A DNA stretch of 48,546 nucleotides from Candidatus Latescibacterota bacterium (lineage in GTDB: Bacteria > Latescibacterota > UBA2968), in the NCBI GenBank assembly GCA_038279365.1, contig JAYODI010000037.1, positions 1-48,546 on the forward strand. Reading direction: 5' to 3'. Positions 27,099 through 35,706 of the stretch are shown here, one piece after another. The translations under genes were made by a program, and so were the position numbers. Position 1 is the first letter of the stretch. Every line of letters begins with the position of its first letter. The notes below the pieces were generated by a model. The model saw only the letters and a program-made list of their open reading frames with translations. It was not told where the DNA came from and did no database searches.

Positions 27099-28097
27099 AT
27101 GGCAAGACCTTGTACGTTGTTTACTGGGCAGTGGGCAGATTTGCCTTTGTCGGTGATGGCTGAAAAAGCGGTGACATTTGGATATGATGGTTTGGAGTTG
27201 GCGTGTTGGGGTGATCATTTGGATGTGAACAAAGCGGCATCGAGTGATAAGTATGTGCGTGAGAAAAAAGAATTGCTCGAAAAATATGATCTGAAGCTTT
27301 TTGCCATTAGCAATCACTTGGTTGGGCAAGCGGTGTGTGATTTGATTGATGAGCGTCATAAGGCCATTTTGCCACCCAACGTTTGGGGCAATGGTAAGGC
27401 CGAGCAAGTGCGCCAAAGAGCTGCCAAAGAAATGATGGTGACGGCTGAAGCGGCCAAAGCCTTGGGTGTGAAAGTGGTGAATGGTTTTACAGGGTCGTCC
27501 ATTTGGCATTTGTTGTATTCTTTTCCCCCTGTATCTCCCAGCCAAATTGATGCAGGTTTTCAAGATTTTGCAGATCGCTGGAATCCGATTTTGGATGTGT
27601 TTAAGAAAAACCGCATTAAGTTTGCTTTAGAAGTGCATCCAACGGAAATCGCTTTTGATACGGCTTCTGCTGCGCGTGCGATTAAGGCATTAAAGGGGCG
27701 TAAAGAGTTTGGGTTTAACTATGACCCCAGCCATTTGGTGTATCAAAATGTCGATTATGTGGGCTTTATTCGCGAGTTTGGCGATCGCATTTATCATGTG
27801 CATATGAAAGATGCATATTTGTCACACACGCCCACCCGCGCAGGTGTGTTCGGCGGGCATACCAATTTTGGTGACCCCAACCGCAGTTGGGATTTTCGCT
27901 CACTGGGGCGTGGTAGTGTCGATTTTGAAGAGATTATTCGCGCACTCAACGATGTGGGTTATAAAGGCCCCTTGTCGGTTGAGTGGGAAGATTCGGGTAT
28001 GGATCGTGAACACGGTGCTGCCGAAGCGGCGGCGTTTGTCAATGCGGTCGATTTTGAACCTTCTGGCAGAGCATTTGATGCAGCCTTTGCTGAATAA
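27099..28097 (+). CDS. Sugar phosphate isomerase/epimerase (xylose isomerase-like TIM barrel, AP_endonuc_2)
   Basis: '[10 protein letters not shown]', 'FALEVHP', 'NYDPSH', 'HVHMKD', 'SVEWED'. Confidence 0.9.
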   Translation: MARPCTLFTGQWADLPLSVMAEKAVTFGYDGLELACWGDHLDVNKAASSDKYVREKKELLEKYDLKLFAISNHLVGQAVCDLIDERHKAILPPNVWGNGKAEQVRQRAAKEMMVTAEAAKALGVKVVNGFTGSSIWHLLYSFPPVSPSQIDAGFQDFADRWNPILDVFKKNRIKFALEVHPTEIAFDTASAARAIKALKGRKEFGFNYDPSHLVYQNVDYVGFIREFGDRIYHVHMKDAYLSHTPTRAGVFGGHTNFGDPNRSWDFRSLGRGSVDFEEIIRALNDVGYKGPLSVEWEDSGMDREHGAAEAAAFVNAVDFEPSGRAFDAAFAE

Positions 28098-28117
28098 TAA
28101 ATGAGCGATCAGCAGTT

Positions 28118-28152
28118 AGCGGTCAGCCCAGAGATGGGTTGGCCGCTTTTTT
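28118..28152 (+). terminator. Intrinsic terminator
   Basis: GCGGTCAGCCCA-gaga-TGGGTTGGCCGC followed by TTTTTT. Confidence 0.85.
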
Positions 28153-28289
28153 CATGTGTTTGCCAAGTGGTGTATATCGCTTATCTTTAGGCAGGCTGTC
28201 ACAAGTCACAAGTTTCAGGCAGAATTTGTTTTGAGATTTTGACCTGCGACCATTTTTTCGATTTTATTATTGATTATAGGAGTGCGCGC

Positions 28290-29846
28290 ATGACATATCG
28301 TTATTTATTTTTGGCCTTGTTGATGTTGGTTTCTGCTTGTGGTCAACAAGCGGGAAAAACATTGGTGTATGGGCGCGGTGGCGATTCGGTGGGGTTGGAC
28401 CCTGGGTTGGAGACGGATGGGGAGTCTTTTAAGGTGTGTGATAATATTTATGAGACCTTGGTTTCGTTTCATGCCGAAAGCACCGAACTGGCACCCGGTT
28501 TGGCCGAGTCTTGGACGGCTTCTGAAGATGGTTTGACGTGGACGTTTCAACTGCGCAAAGGGGTGACCTTTCACGATGGCAGTGCTTTTGATGCGCAGGC
28601 TGTGGTGTTTTCTTTGGCGCGACAATTTAAACCGGATCATCCTTTTCACAATGTAGAAGGTGCGTATCAATATTGGAGCAGTATGTCGATGAGCGATATT
28701 GTCAAAGACGTACGGGCCATAGATGATTTTACAGTGGCGATTGATTTGAAACGTCCCAATGCGCCTTTTTTGTCGAATTTGGCGATGAATTTTTGTGCCA
28801 TTGTGAGCCCCAATGCGGTGAAAAAATGGGGGGCAGACTTTGCGCGTCATCCGGTGGGCACGGGGCCTTTTCAGTTTGTGGAGTGGATCAAAGACGATCG
28901 CATTGTGTTGGAACGATATGCCAACTATTGGGGGATGGCTCCTCAATTGGATCGGCTTATTTTTAGAAGTATTCCTGAAAACTCGGTTCGGTTAATTGCT
29001 CTATCTCAAGGCTCTATTGATGGGATGGACAACCTTGTGCCTGATTTTATTCCAAGCATTGAATCGGATGAACGGTTACAATTGCTTTCACAAGCCGGTA
29101 TGAATGTGGGTTATTTGGCCATGAACATGGACAAGCAAACCTTTCAACAAGTGGCGGTGCGTCGGGCCATTAATCATGCCATCAACAAAAAATCATTGGT
29201 CGATAATTTGTATCAAGGTTTGGCATTGCCGGCGGTGAATCCCATTCCACCAACAATGTGGGGGTATCACGAAGGCATTAGTGGGTATGACTATAACCCA
29301 GAAAAAGCCAAACAGTTATTGGCCGAAGCGGGGATGCCCAATGGGTTTAAGACCACTTTGTGGGCGATGCCTGTGCCACGGCCCTATATGCCACAGCCGA
29401 TGAAAATTGCACAGGCCATACAAGCCGATTTAAAAGCCGTGGGCATTGAGGCAGAAATTGTGACTTATGAATGGGGTACTTATTTGGATAAGGTGCAACG
29501 TGGGCAACACGATATGGCACTGTTGGGGTGGACGGGTGATAATGGTGATCCCGACAATTTTCTCTATGTGTTGTTGGATAAGAGCGCCACACAAATCCCG
29601 GCCAATAACATTGCATTTTATCGCAGTGAACCCTTGCATCAGGTGTTGATTGATGCCCAGCAAAGCAGTGATCAGGAAACACGAACGGCTTTGTATCGCC
29701 AAGCCCAAGAAATTGTGTTTCGCGATGCCCCATGGGTGCCTTTGGTTCACGCGGCACAAACAGCTGCGTTTAATAAAAGGGTGCAGGGTTTTCAACTGCA
29801 TCCTACAGGGAGCAAGTGGTTTCACAACGTCCAGATTAAAGAATAA
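28290..29846 (+). CDS. dppA: Dipeptide/oligopeptide ABC transporter substrate-binding lipoprotein
   Basis: Lipobox VSA-C; 'PGLAESW..S.DG..WTF.LRKGV.FHDG', 'PVGTGPF', 'MPVPRPY', 'GWTGDNGDPDNF'. Confidence 0.85.
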   Translation: MTYRYLFLALLMLVSACGQQAGKTLVYGRGGDSVGLDPGLETDGESFKVCDNIYETLVSFHAESTELAPGLAESWTASEDGLTWTFQLRKGVTFHDGSAFDAQAVVFSLARQFKPDHPFHNVEGAYQYWSSMSMSDIVKDVRAIDDFTVAIDLKRPNAPFLSNLAMNFCAIVSPNAVKKWGADFARHPVGTGPFQFVEWIKDDRIVLERYANYWGMAPQLDRLIFRSIPENSVRLIALSQGSIDGMDNLVPDFIPSIESDERLQLLSQAGMNVGYLAMNMDKQTFQQVAVRRAINHAINKKSLVDNLYQGLALPAVNPIPPTMWGYHEGISGYDYNPEKAKQLLAEAGMPNGFKTTLWAMPVPRPYMPQPMKIAQAIQADLKAVGIEAEIVTYEWGTYLDKVQRGQHDMALLGWTGDNGDPDNFLYVLLDKSATQIPANNIAFYRSEPLHQVLIDAQQSSDQETRTALYRQAQEIVFRDAPWVPLVHAAQTAAFNKRVQGFQLHPTGSKWFHNVQIKE

Positions 29847-29884
29847 GTTTTTTGTGTTTTCTTGTGGTTAGGCGATCATTATTT

Positions 29885-30892
29885 ATGCGCATGTATATTT
29901 TGAAAAGATTGTTGGCGTTGGTTCCTACGCTTTTGGGCATTACCGTTTTGGTGTTTTTGATGGTGCACCTTGTGCCTGGTGATCCGGCGCAAGTGATGTT
30001 GGGTGAACGTGCCAGTGCCGAAACTCTTGGGGCTTTGCGCCAAGAATTGGGCTTGGATCAGCCGTTGCATGTGCAGTTTGGGCGTTATTTGGGCGATTTG
30101 TTGCAGGGAGACTTTGGGCGATCCATCAAGTCACACGAACGGATTGCAGTGGAGTTGCAAGCCCGTTTTCCGGCCACTTTGGAATTGACGCTTGTGAGTA
30201 TGATTTTGGCGTGTTTGTTGGGCATGAGCGGGGGAATTGTTTCAGCCATTCGGCGTAATACTGTGTTGGATTATGTGGGTATGACGGTTTCATTGGCTGG
30301 GGTGTCTTTGCCCATCTTTTGGCTGGGTTTGATGATGATTATGGCCTTTTCGGTGTGGTTGGGCATGTTCCCTGTGTCGGGGCGGTTGAGTGCCCATGTG
30401 TTTGTGCCCTCGGTGACGGGGCTGTATTTGATCGACAGTTTGCTTGCGGGCGATTTGGGGGCATTTGGTGATGCGCTTTGGCATTTGGTGTTGCCAGGTA
30501 TTACGCTGGGTACGGTACCTGCCGCAGTGATTGTGCGCATGACACGCTCAAGTTTGTTGGAGGTCTTGCGCGAAGACTATATCCGAACGGCTTGGGCAAA
30601 GGGTTTGTCTGAGCGGGTGGTGGTGCTTCGACATGCGTTGCGCAATGCCTTTATTCCCATCTTAACGGTGATCAGTTTACAATTTGGATATTTGTTGGGT
30701 GGGGCTGTGATGACCGAGTCGATTTTTGCGTGGCCGGGTGTGGGGCGTTGGTTGGTTTTGGCGGTGTATTCACGCGATTTTCCTGCAATTCAGGGCGGTG
30801 TGTTGTTGGTGGCATCTACCTTTGTGGTGGTCAATTTGATAGCTGATTTATTGTATGCGTGGCTGGATCCCAGAATTAAGTATGATGGGTAA
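29885..30892 (+). CDS. dppB: Peptide ABC transporter permease
   Basis: 'PGDPA', 'FPATLEL', EAA loop 'EDYIRTAWAKGL', 'DPRI'. Confidence 0.85.
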   Translation: MRMYILKRLLALVPTLLGITVLVFLMVHLVPGDPAQVMLGERASAETLGALRQELGLDQPLHVQFGRYLGDLLQGDFGRSIKSHERIAVELQARFPATLELTLVSMILACLLGMSGGIVSAIRRNTVLDYVGMTVSLAGVSLPIFWLGLMMIMAFSVWLGMFPVSGRLSAHVFVPSVTGLYLIDSLLAGDLGAFGDALWHLVLPGITLGTVPAAVIVRMTRSSLLEVLREDYIRTAWAKGLSERVVVLRHALRNAFIPILTVISLQFGYLLGGAVMTESIFAWPGVGRWLVLAVYSRDFPAIQGGVLLVASTFVVVNLIADLLYAWLDPRIKYDG

Positions 30893-30989
30893 AGGCAAAA
30901 GTGAAAACCAGACGGTGGATACAAAGTGCAAAAGCAAAAGGCAGAATTCAGAGCAATTTACAGACAGACATGGATGGTTTGGAGTATAA

Positions 30990-31856
30990 ATGGCTGATGC
31001 GATAGAAATGTCTCACTCATCTGAAACTTTTGGGCATCTGTTGTGGAAACGCTTGCGCAAGAACCGTTTGGCTGTGGTTGGAGGCGGATTGCTGGTCGTC
31101 TTTTTGGTCATGGCCCTTTTTGCCCCTTTGTTGGCACCCTACGATCCCTTGTCGCAAGATTTGTATAACCGATTGATGCCCCCATCGCTGGATCACCCAT
31201 TTGGCACAGACGATTTTGGGCGCGACATATTGAGCCGCGTGATCTATGGTTCGCGCATTTCATTGCGCATTGGGGTGGTGGCGGTGGTGATCGCTTTGGC
31301 TTTGGGAACGGCCATTGGGTTGGTGGCGGGATATTGGGGGGGCATTTTGGATCAGTTGTTGATGCGTTTGATGGATTTGTTATTGGCTTTTCCAAGCATT
31401 TTGTTGGCAATTGGCATTGTGGCTATTTTGGGGCCGGGGTTGGAAAATGCGATGTTGGCCATTGGGTTGGTGGCGGTGCCACAATATGCCCGTTTGGTGC
31501 GTGCATCGGCGCTTTCGGTGCGTGAGATGGATTATGTGCAGGCTTCTCGTGCTCTGGGAGCGGGGCATATGCGCATTTTATTGGTTGCCATTTTGCCCAA
31601 TTGTTTGGCACCATTGATTGTTCAAGCGACATTGGGATTGGCAACGGCGATCTTAGATGCGGCAGGTTTGAGCTTTTTGGGGCTTGGGGCACAACCGCCT
31701 ATGCCAGAGTGGGGGGCCATGCTCAGCAATGGGCGGGAATTAATTGTGCGCGCACCTTGGGTATTGACCTTTCCGGGGGTGGCCATTTTTTTCACCGTTT
31801 TGGCATTTAATCTGTTTGGGGATGGCCTGCGCGACGCACTTGATCCAAAGTCTTGA
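30990..31856 (+). CDS. dppC: Peptide ABC transporter permease
   Basis: 'HPFGTDDFGRD', 'YVQASRALGA', 'LSFLGLG', 'GDGLRDALDP'. Confidence 0.85.
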   Translation: MADAIEMSHSSETFGHLLWKRLRKNRLAVVGGGLLVVFLVMALFAPLLAPYDPLSQDLYNRLMPPSLDHPFGTDDFGRDILSRVIYGSRISLRIGVVAVVIALALGTAIGLVAGYWGGILDQLLMRLMDLLLAFPSILLAIGIVAILGPGLENAMLAIGLVAVPQYARLVRASALSVREMDYVQASRALGAGHMRILLVAILPNCLAPLIVQATLGLATAILDAAGLSFLGLGAQPPMPEWGAMLSNGRELIVRAPWVLTFPGVAIFFTVLAFNLFGDGLRDALDPKS

Positions 31857-31968
31857 TATTATAAGGGATATGGGTTGTTTTTGGGCCCACGTTTTTGCCG
31901 AGCATTGGGACGTGAAAAATGCACGGTATTTTTTTTAAAATTTGGCCTTTTTTTAGGCGGTCCAAGGG

Positions 31969-31997
31969 TTGACTTTCGACTTGGCATGGGCTATATT
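31969..31997 (+). promoter_or_regulatory. Sigma70 promoter of a small independent transcript
   Basis: TTGACT (31969-74)-N17-TATATT (31992-97). Confidence 0.7.
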
Positions 31998-32024
31998 GGG
32001 GTTACACAGAAAGGAGGTGGTCGG

Positions 32025-32060
32025 ATGATAGAAAAGACTAGTGGAGGTGACTGTCGTTAG
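32025..32060 (+). CDS. Putative 11-aa peptide MIEKTSGGDCR
   Basis: ATG right after AGAAAGGAGGTGGTC; TAG lies within an RNA stem; translation unproven. Confidence 0.4.
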   Translation: MIEKTSGGDCR

Positions 32061-32200
32061 GTGCGCCTGCCGGGAGCGGGATAAACATCTCGAATGGTAG
32101 CGCACCTGGCAATCTAAGGCAGTGACCGAGCGGCTGTTATTCACCATTGAGACGGCTTTCCTTTTGTGGAGCCGTGAGGTGAAAACCGCTGTAATATATT

Positions 32201-32252
32201 GCGTCGCACGAAGATGCACCTATTTGGGTGTCCCGTCGTGCGGCGCTTTTTT
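32201..32252 (+). terminator. Intrinsic terminator of the small transcript
   Basis: GCGTCGCACGA...TCGTGCGGCGC stem followed by TTTTTT. Confidence 0.8.
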
Positions 32253-32363
32253 ATGCTCACGCTAAATAGAAAATGACAAATGAGGAGATGCACAGGTTTT
32301 TGGGGGGCAGGGCAGGACTTTTGCCGTTTACCATTTGCCGTCTTCTTTTTAATAGGTTCCTGC

Positions 32364-32392
32364 TTGACAAAATATATATATCTCTGTACTTT
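32364..32392 (+). promoter_or_regulatory. Sigma70 promoter of the rplM operon
   Basis: TTGACA-N17-TACTTT. Confidence 0.7.
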
Positions 32393-32469
32393 CTAAGGCT
32401 TACACCAAAAAATTTTGCAAAAGAGAGGAGGTGAATGGTCGCGTTGCAGGTCTTGACGCGGTTTATCTT

Positions 32470-32901
32470 ATGAAAACACCGAGCGCTAAAAAAGAAGAAG
32501 TTGAACAAGCTTGGTTTGTTGCCGATGCCGAAGGGAAGGTATTGGGGCGTTTGGCCAGTGAAGTTGCTAAAATTTTACGTGGCAAACACAAGCCTATTTT
32601 TACACCCCATGTTGACACGGGTGATCATGTGGTGATCATCAATGCCGATAAGATCATGGTAAAAGGTGCAAACAAGCCAGAGCAAAAGGTTTATACCCGT
32701 TACAGTGGTTATCCGGGTGGTTTGAAAAGACAAACCTTTGCTGATGCAATGGAAAAACGTCCGACATTTGTGCTTGAACACGCCATTAAGGGCATGTTGC
32801 CACACAATAAGTTGGGACGACAAATGATTAAGAAGTTGCGGATTTATGCAGGTGCGGAACATCCTCATGAAGCACAAAATCCCCAACCCTTAAACGTCTA
32901 A
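32470..32901 (+). CDS. rplM: 50S ribosomal protein L13
   Basis: '[14 protein letters not shown]', '[16 protein letters not shown]', 'HPHEAQ'; start at MKT inferred from family. Confidence 0.97.
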   Translation: MKTPSAKKEEVEQAWFVADAEGKVLGRLASEVAKILRGKHKPIFTPHVDTGDHVVIINADKIMVKGANKPEQKVYTRYSGYPGGLKRQTFADAMEKRPTFVLEHAIKGMLPHNKLGRQMIKKLRIYAGAEHPHEAQNPQPLNV

Positions 32902-32936
32902 TTATATCTCTCAACCTTTGAGAGGAGGTGACAAGT

Positions 32937-33329
32937 TTGGCTGATGTATTATCTTCTGCAACAGGGCGTCGTAAAAACTCTACAGCACATGTGAAGTTGA
33001 CACCTGGCGATGGCAAAATTACCATCAATGGTCTTTCTGCTTTGGATTATTTGAAGCGTGAAACGTTGGTGATGGTGATTGAACAGCCCCTCGAAGTAAC
33101 CGAGACAAAGGGTTCTTATGACATTACGGCCAGTGCCAAAGGTGGTGGTTTGACCGGTCAAGCAGGTGCGGTGCGTTTGGGCATTGCACGGAGTTTGCGT
33201 GCATTAAACGAAGACAATCGCAAACCGTTGCGTGTGGCTGGTTTGTTGACGCGTGACCCACGTGCTGTTGAACGTAAAAAACCAGGACAACCTGGTGCAC
33301 GTAAAAAATTCCAATTCTCGAAGCGTTAA
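32937..33329 (+). CDS. rpsI: 30S ribosomal protein S9
   Basis: 'TGRRK', 'GGG.TGQAGA', 'LTRDPR.VERKK.G', C-terminal 'QFSKR'; probable TTG start after GGAGGTG. Confidence 0.97.
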   Translation: MADVLSSATGRRKNSTAHVKLTPGDGKITINGLSALDYLKRETLVMVIEQPLEVTETKGSYDITASAKGGGLTGQAGAVRLGIARSLRALNEDNRKPLRVAGLLTRDPRAVERKKPGQPGARKKFQFSKR

Positions 33330-33339
33330 GCAGTATCAA

Positions 33340-33442
33340 ACTCCTCATGTATTTCTGATTGTGATTCGGGTGCTGTGTGTCTTTACCAGCGGGATCACAA
33401 GGTGACGGATACAGTGGTTTCAACCCATAGGGTGGAGGTTTC
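33340..33442 (+). promoter_or_regulatory. rpsB (S2) autoregulatory leader RNA
   Basis: TGTATTT/GGATACA and TTGTGATTC/GGATCACAA stems enclosing GGGTGC, directly upstream of rpsB where S2 leaders are known. Confidence 0.65.
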
Positions 33443-34204
33443 ATGGCTGTTGTATCAATGAAGCAGTTGTTGGAGGCAGGGGTTCACTTTGGGCATCAGA
33501 CCCGACGTTGGAACCCCAAAATGAAAAAATATATTTTTACAGAACGCAATGGCATCTACATTCTCGATTTGCAAAAGACATTGACGCTCATCGAAGACGC
33601 CTACAAAGTGGTGCGCGAAGCCGCCGAAACAGGTCGCCCCATTTTGTTTGTCGGTACCAAAAAACAGGCCAAGAAGATAATTGCAGATGCGGCAGAACGG
33701 GCCAATATGTTTTATGTGAATGACCGCTGGCTGGGTGGGATGTTGACCAACTTTCAGACCATTCGCCAAAGTATTCGCCGTTTGGATTTGCTCGACAAAA
33801 TGAGCACCGATGGCACCTATGATCAACTGACCAAAAAGGAAGTGTTGCGCTTGGAGCGGGAACGCAAAAAATTGCAACTTTCTTTGGGTGGTATTCGCAA
33901 GATGGGTCGTTTGCCCAGCTTGATTTTTATTGTTGATCCCAAAAAAGAACGCATCGCTGTTGCCGAAGCTCATCGTTTAGAAATTCCGATTGTGGCCATG
34001 GTAGATACCAACTGTGATCCTGACGAAATTGATCACCCCATTCCGGGCAACGATGATGCCATTCGGTCGGTCAAATTGATTTCTGAATTGATGGCCGAAG
34101 CTGTGCTTGAAGGCACAAAAACCGAAGGCGATAAAGATGATGATATGACAATAGACGAAGCCGAAGGTCCTGAAATTACTGAAATTGATCCTAATAATAA
34201 TTAA
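33443..34204 (+). CDS. rpsB: 30S ribosomal protein S2
   Basis: '[19 protein letters not shown]', '[10 protein letters not shown]', 'DTNCDPD', 'PGNDDAIRS'. Confidence 0.98.
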   Translation: MAVVSMKQLLEAGVHFGHQTRRWNPKMKKYIFTERNGIYILDLQKTLTLIEDAYKVVREAAETGRPILFVGTKKQAKKIIADAAERANMFYVNDRWLGGMLTNFQTIRQSIRRLDLLDKMSTDGTYDQLTKKEVLRLERERKKLQLSLGGIRKMGRLPSLIFIVDPKKERIAVAEAHRLEIPIVAMVDTNCDPDEIDHPIPGNDDAIRSVKLISELMAEAVLEGTKTEGDKDDDMTIDEAEGPEITEIDPNNN

Positions 34205-34230
34205 TTAGCCTCCAACGGAGATCAGGTAAC

Positions 34231-34830
34231 ATGGCAATTTCTGCAAAAATGGTTTCGGAACTCCGAGCCAAAACCAATGTTGGCATGATGGATTGTAAAA
34301 AGGCACTTGAAGAGGCCAATGGCGATATGACCAAAGCCATTGAAGTCTTGCGCAAGCGCGGCGTGGCAAAGGCCGAAAGCCGTGCCGGACGCGAAGCCAA
34401 AGAAGGTGCCATCATTTCTTATATTCACGCCGGTGGCAAATTGGGCGTGATGCTTGAAGTGAATAGCGAAACAGATTTTGTGGCCCGCACCGATGAATTT
34501 CAAGAATTCTGCAAAGATGTGGCCATGCATATCGCTGCTGCCAGCCCTTTGGTGGTAAGCCGAGAAGATTTGGATGAATCTGTTTTGGAAAAAGAAAAAG
34601 ATATTTATCGCGCTCAGGCTCTGGGAGAAGGCAAACCAGAGAAAGTGGTCGAAAAAATCATTCAAGGTCGCGTTGAAAAATATTATCAAGAAGTGGCTTT
34701 GATGGAACAATCTTTTGTTAAAAACCCAGACCAAACGGTTAAAGATTTGCTTGCCCAATTGGTCGCAAAATGTGGTGAAAATATTACGATTCGCCGGTTT
34801 GTGCGTTTTGTGTTGGGTGAAGAAAGCTAA
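34231..34830 (+). CDS. tsf: Translation elongation factor Ts (short form, 199 aa)
   Basis: 'LR.KT..GMMDCKKAL', 'EVNSETDFVA', 'GENI.IRRFVRF'. Confidence 0.97.
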   Translation: MAISAKMVSELRAKTNVGMMDCKKALEEANGDMTKAIEVLRKRGVAKAESRAGREAKEGAIISYIHAGGKLGVMLEVNSETDFVARTDEFQEFCKDVAMHIAAASPLVVSREDLDESVLEKEKDIYRAQALGEGKPEKVVEKIIQGRVEKYYQEVALMEQSFVKNPDQTVKDLLAQLVAKCGENITIRRFVRFVLGEES

Positions 34831-34849
34831 AATTGTTTTGGAAGAATTA

Positions 34850-34881
34850 AAACGGCAGACACACTGTGTCTGCCGTTTTTT
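34850..34881 (+). terminator. Intrinsic terminator-like hairpin between tsf and frr
   Basis: AAACGGCAGACAC / GTGTCTGCCGTTT followed by a T run. Confidence 0.75.
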
Positions 34882-34905
34882 GCATATCGCTTGAAGGAGA
34901 TTGCC

Positions 34906-35463
34906 ATGGTTAATGACATTTTGTCTGAGGCAAAAGATTCGATGCAAAAGGCAGTGGAAGCTTTGCACCATGAACTGGCCACTGTGCGAACCGGGCGGGC
35001 GAGTACCCACCTTTTGGATCAGCTTCGCGTGGATTATTATGGCTCGCAAGTGCCCATTAATCAAGTGGCCAATGTTGGTGCTCCCGAACCCCGGTTGATT
35101 ACGATATCACCTTGGGACAAGTCATCTATTCCACTGATTGAAAAAGCCATTCAAGAGTCGAAGTTGGGGCTTACGCCTTCTAATGACGGCACACTGATCC
35201 GGTTGGCCATTCCTCAATTGACGGAAGATCGGCGCAAAGAATTGGTCAAAATTGTACGTCAATATGCCGAAGAATGCCGTGTGTCGGTGCGGAATCATCG
35301 TCGTGATGCCAATGACTTGGTCAAGGCAGGACAAAAAGACGGTGAAATTCCCGAAGACGATGCCAAACGTGCATCTGACCAGGTGCAAGAGTTGACCAAT
35401 GGCTTTATTAAGACCATTGACGAAGTTTTGAAAAACAAAGAAGAAGAGATCATGGAAGTTTAA
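34906..35463 (+). CDS. frr: Ribosome recycling factor
   Basis: 'RTGRAS', 'VDYYG', 'PWDK', 'LGLTPSNDG', 'RNHRRDA'; AAGGAG SD. Confidence 0.97.
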   Translation: MVNDILSEAKDSMQKAVEALHHELATVRTGRASTHLLDQLRVDYYGSQVPINQVANVGAPEPRLITISPWDKSSIPLIEKAIQESKLGLTPSNDGTLIRLAIPQLTEDRRKELVKIVRQYAEECRVSVRNHRRDANDLVKAGQKDGEIPEDDAKRASDQVQELTNGFIKTIDEVLKNKEEEIMEV

Positions 35464-35505
35464 TACATTGCTTGGGGTGTTCTAAAATCTCTTATGATGT
35501 TTCTA

Positions 35506-35540
35506 TAAGCCATTTCTAATTTAATTGGAAGTGGCTTTTT
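35506..35540 (+). terminator. Intrinsic terminator after frr
   Basis: AAGCCATTTCTAA / TTGGAAGTGGCTT followed by a T run. Confidence 0.65.
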
Positions 35541-35706
35541 ATATGTCAAAACTTTTGTTAGGACCCATCACAATGGTGTGCCGAAAGGGGCTATGTTTTT
35601 TGTGTGTTTTGGTCTTTGACTTTTGTACGGGGAGTTTATATTTTTAACTTTCGGTTTGTTTGGATACGATTGAACGGTTTATAGATGAGAAAGGGTTGGT
35701 CAAAAG

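Larger units (their letters stand above)
32004..32252 (+). ncRNA. Putative structured RNA of about 250 nt (unrecognised family) carrying a mini-ORF
   Basis: Own promoter and terminator; stems 32046-55/32118-27 and 32056-66/32100-110, possible pseudoknot 32067-92, hairpin 32129-32190; many G-U pairs that work only on +. Confidence 0.65.

Noticed and set aside
32058..32084. Stop-codon read-through or recoding of the mini-ORF
   Set aside because: An in-frame TAA follows seven sense codons later and no long ORF follows in other + frames
32004..32252. tmRNA, 6S, SRP or group II intron identity for the structured RNA (GTGCG at 32061)
   Set aside because: No tRNA-like ends or Ala-ending tag, no single long 6S-type rod, no SRP GGAA loop motif, no domain V or RT ORF
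34231..34830. tsf as a truncated pseudogene
   Set aside because: Short ~200-aa EF-Ts is a known natural form, and both terminal motifs are intact
34222..35064. Long antisense ORFs (34222-35064, 40441-41370, 40968-41912, 16358-17086 and others)
   Set aside because: Shadows or alternate frames of well-supported genes; no recognisable motifs
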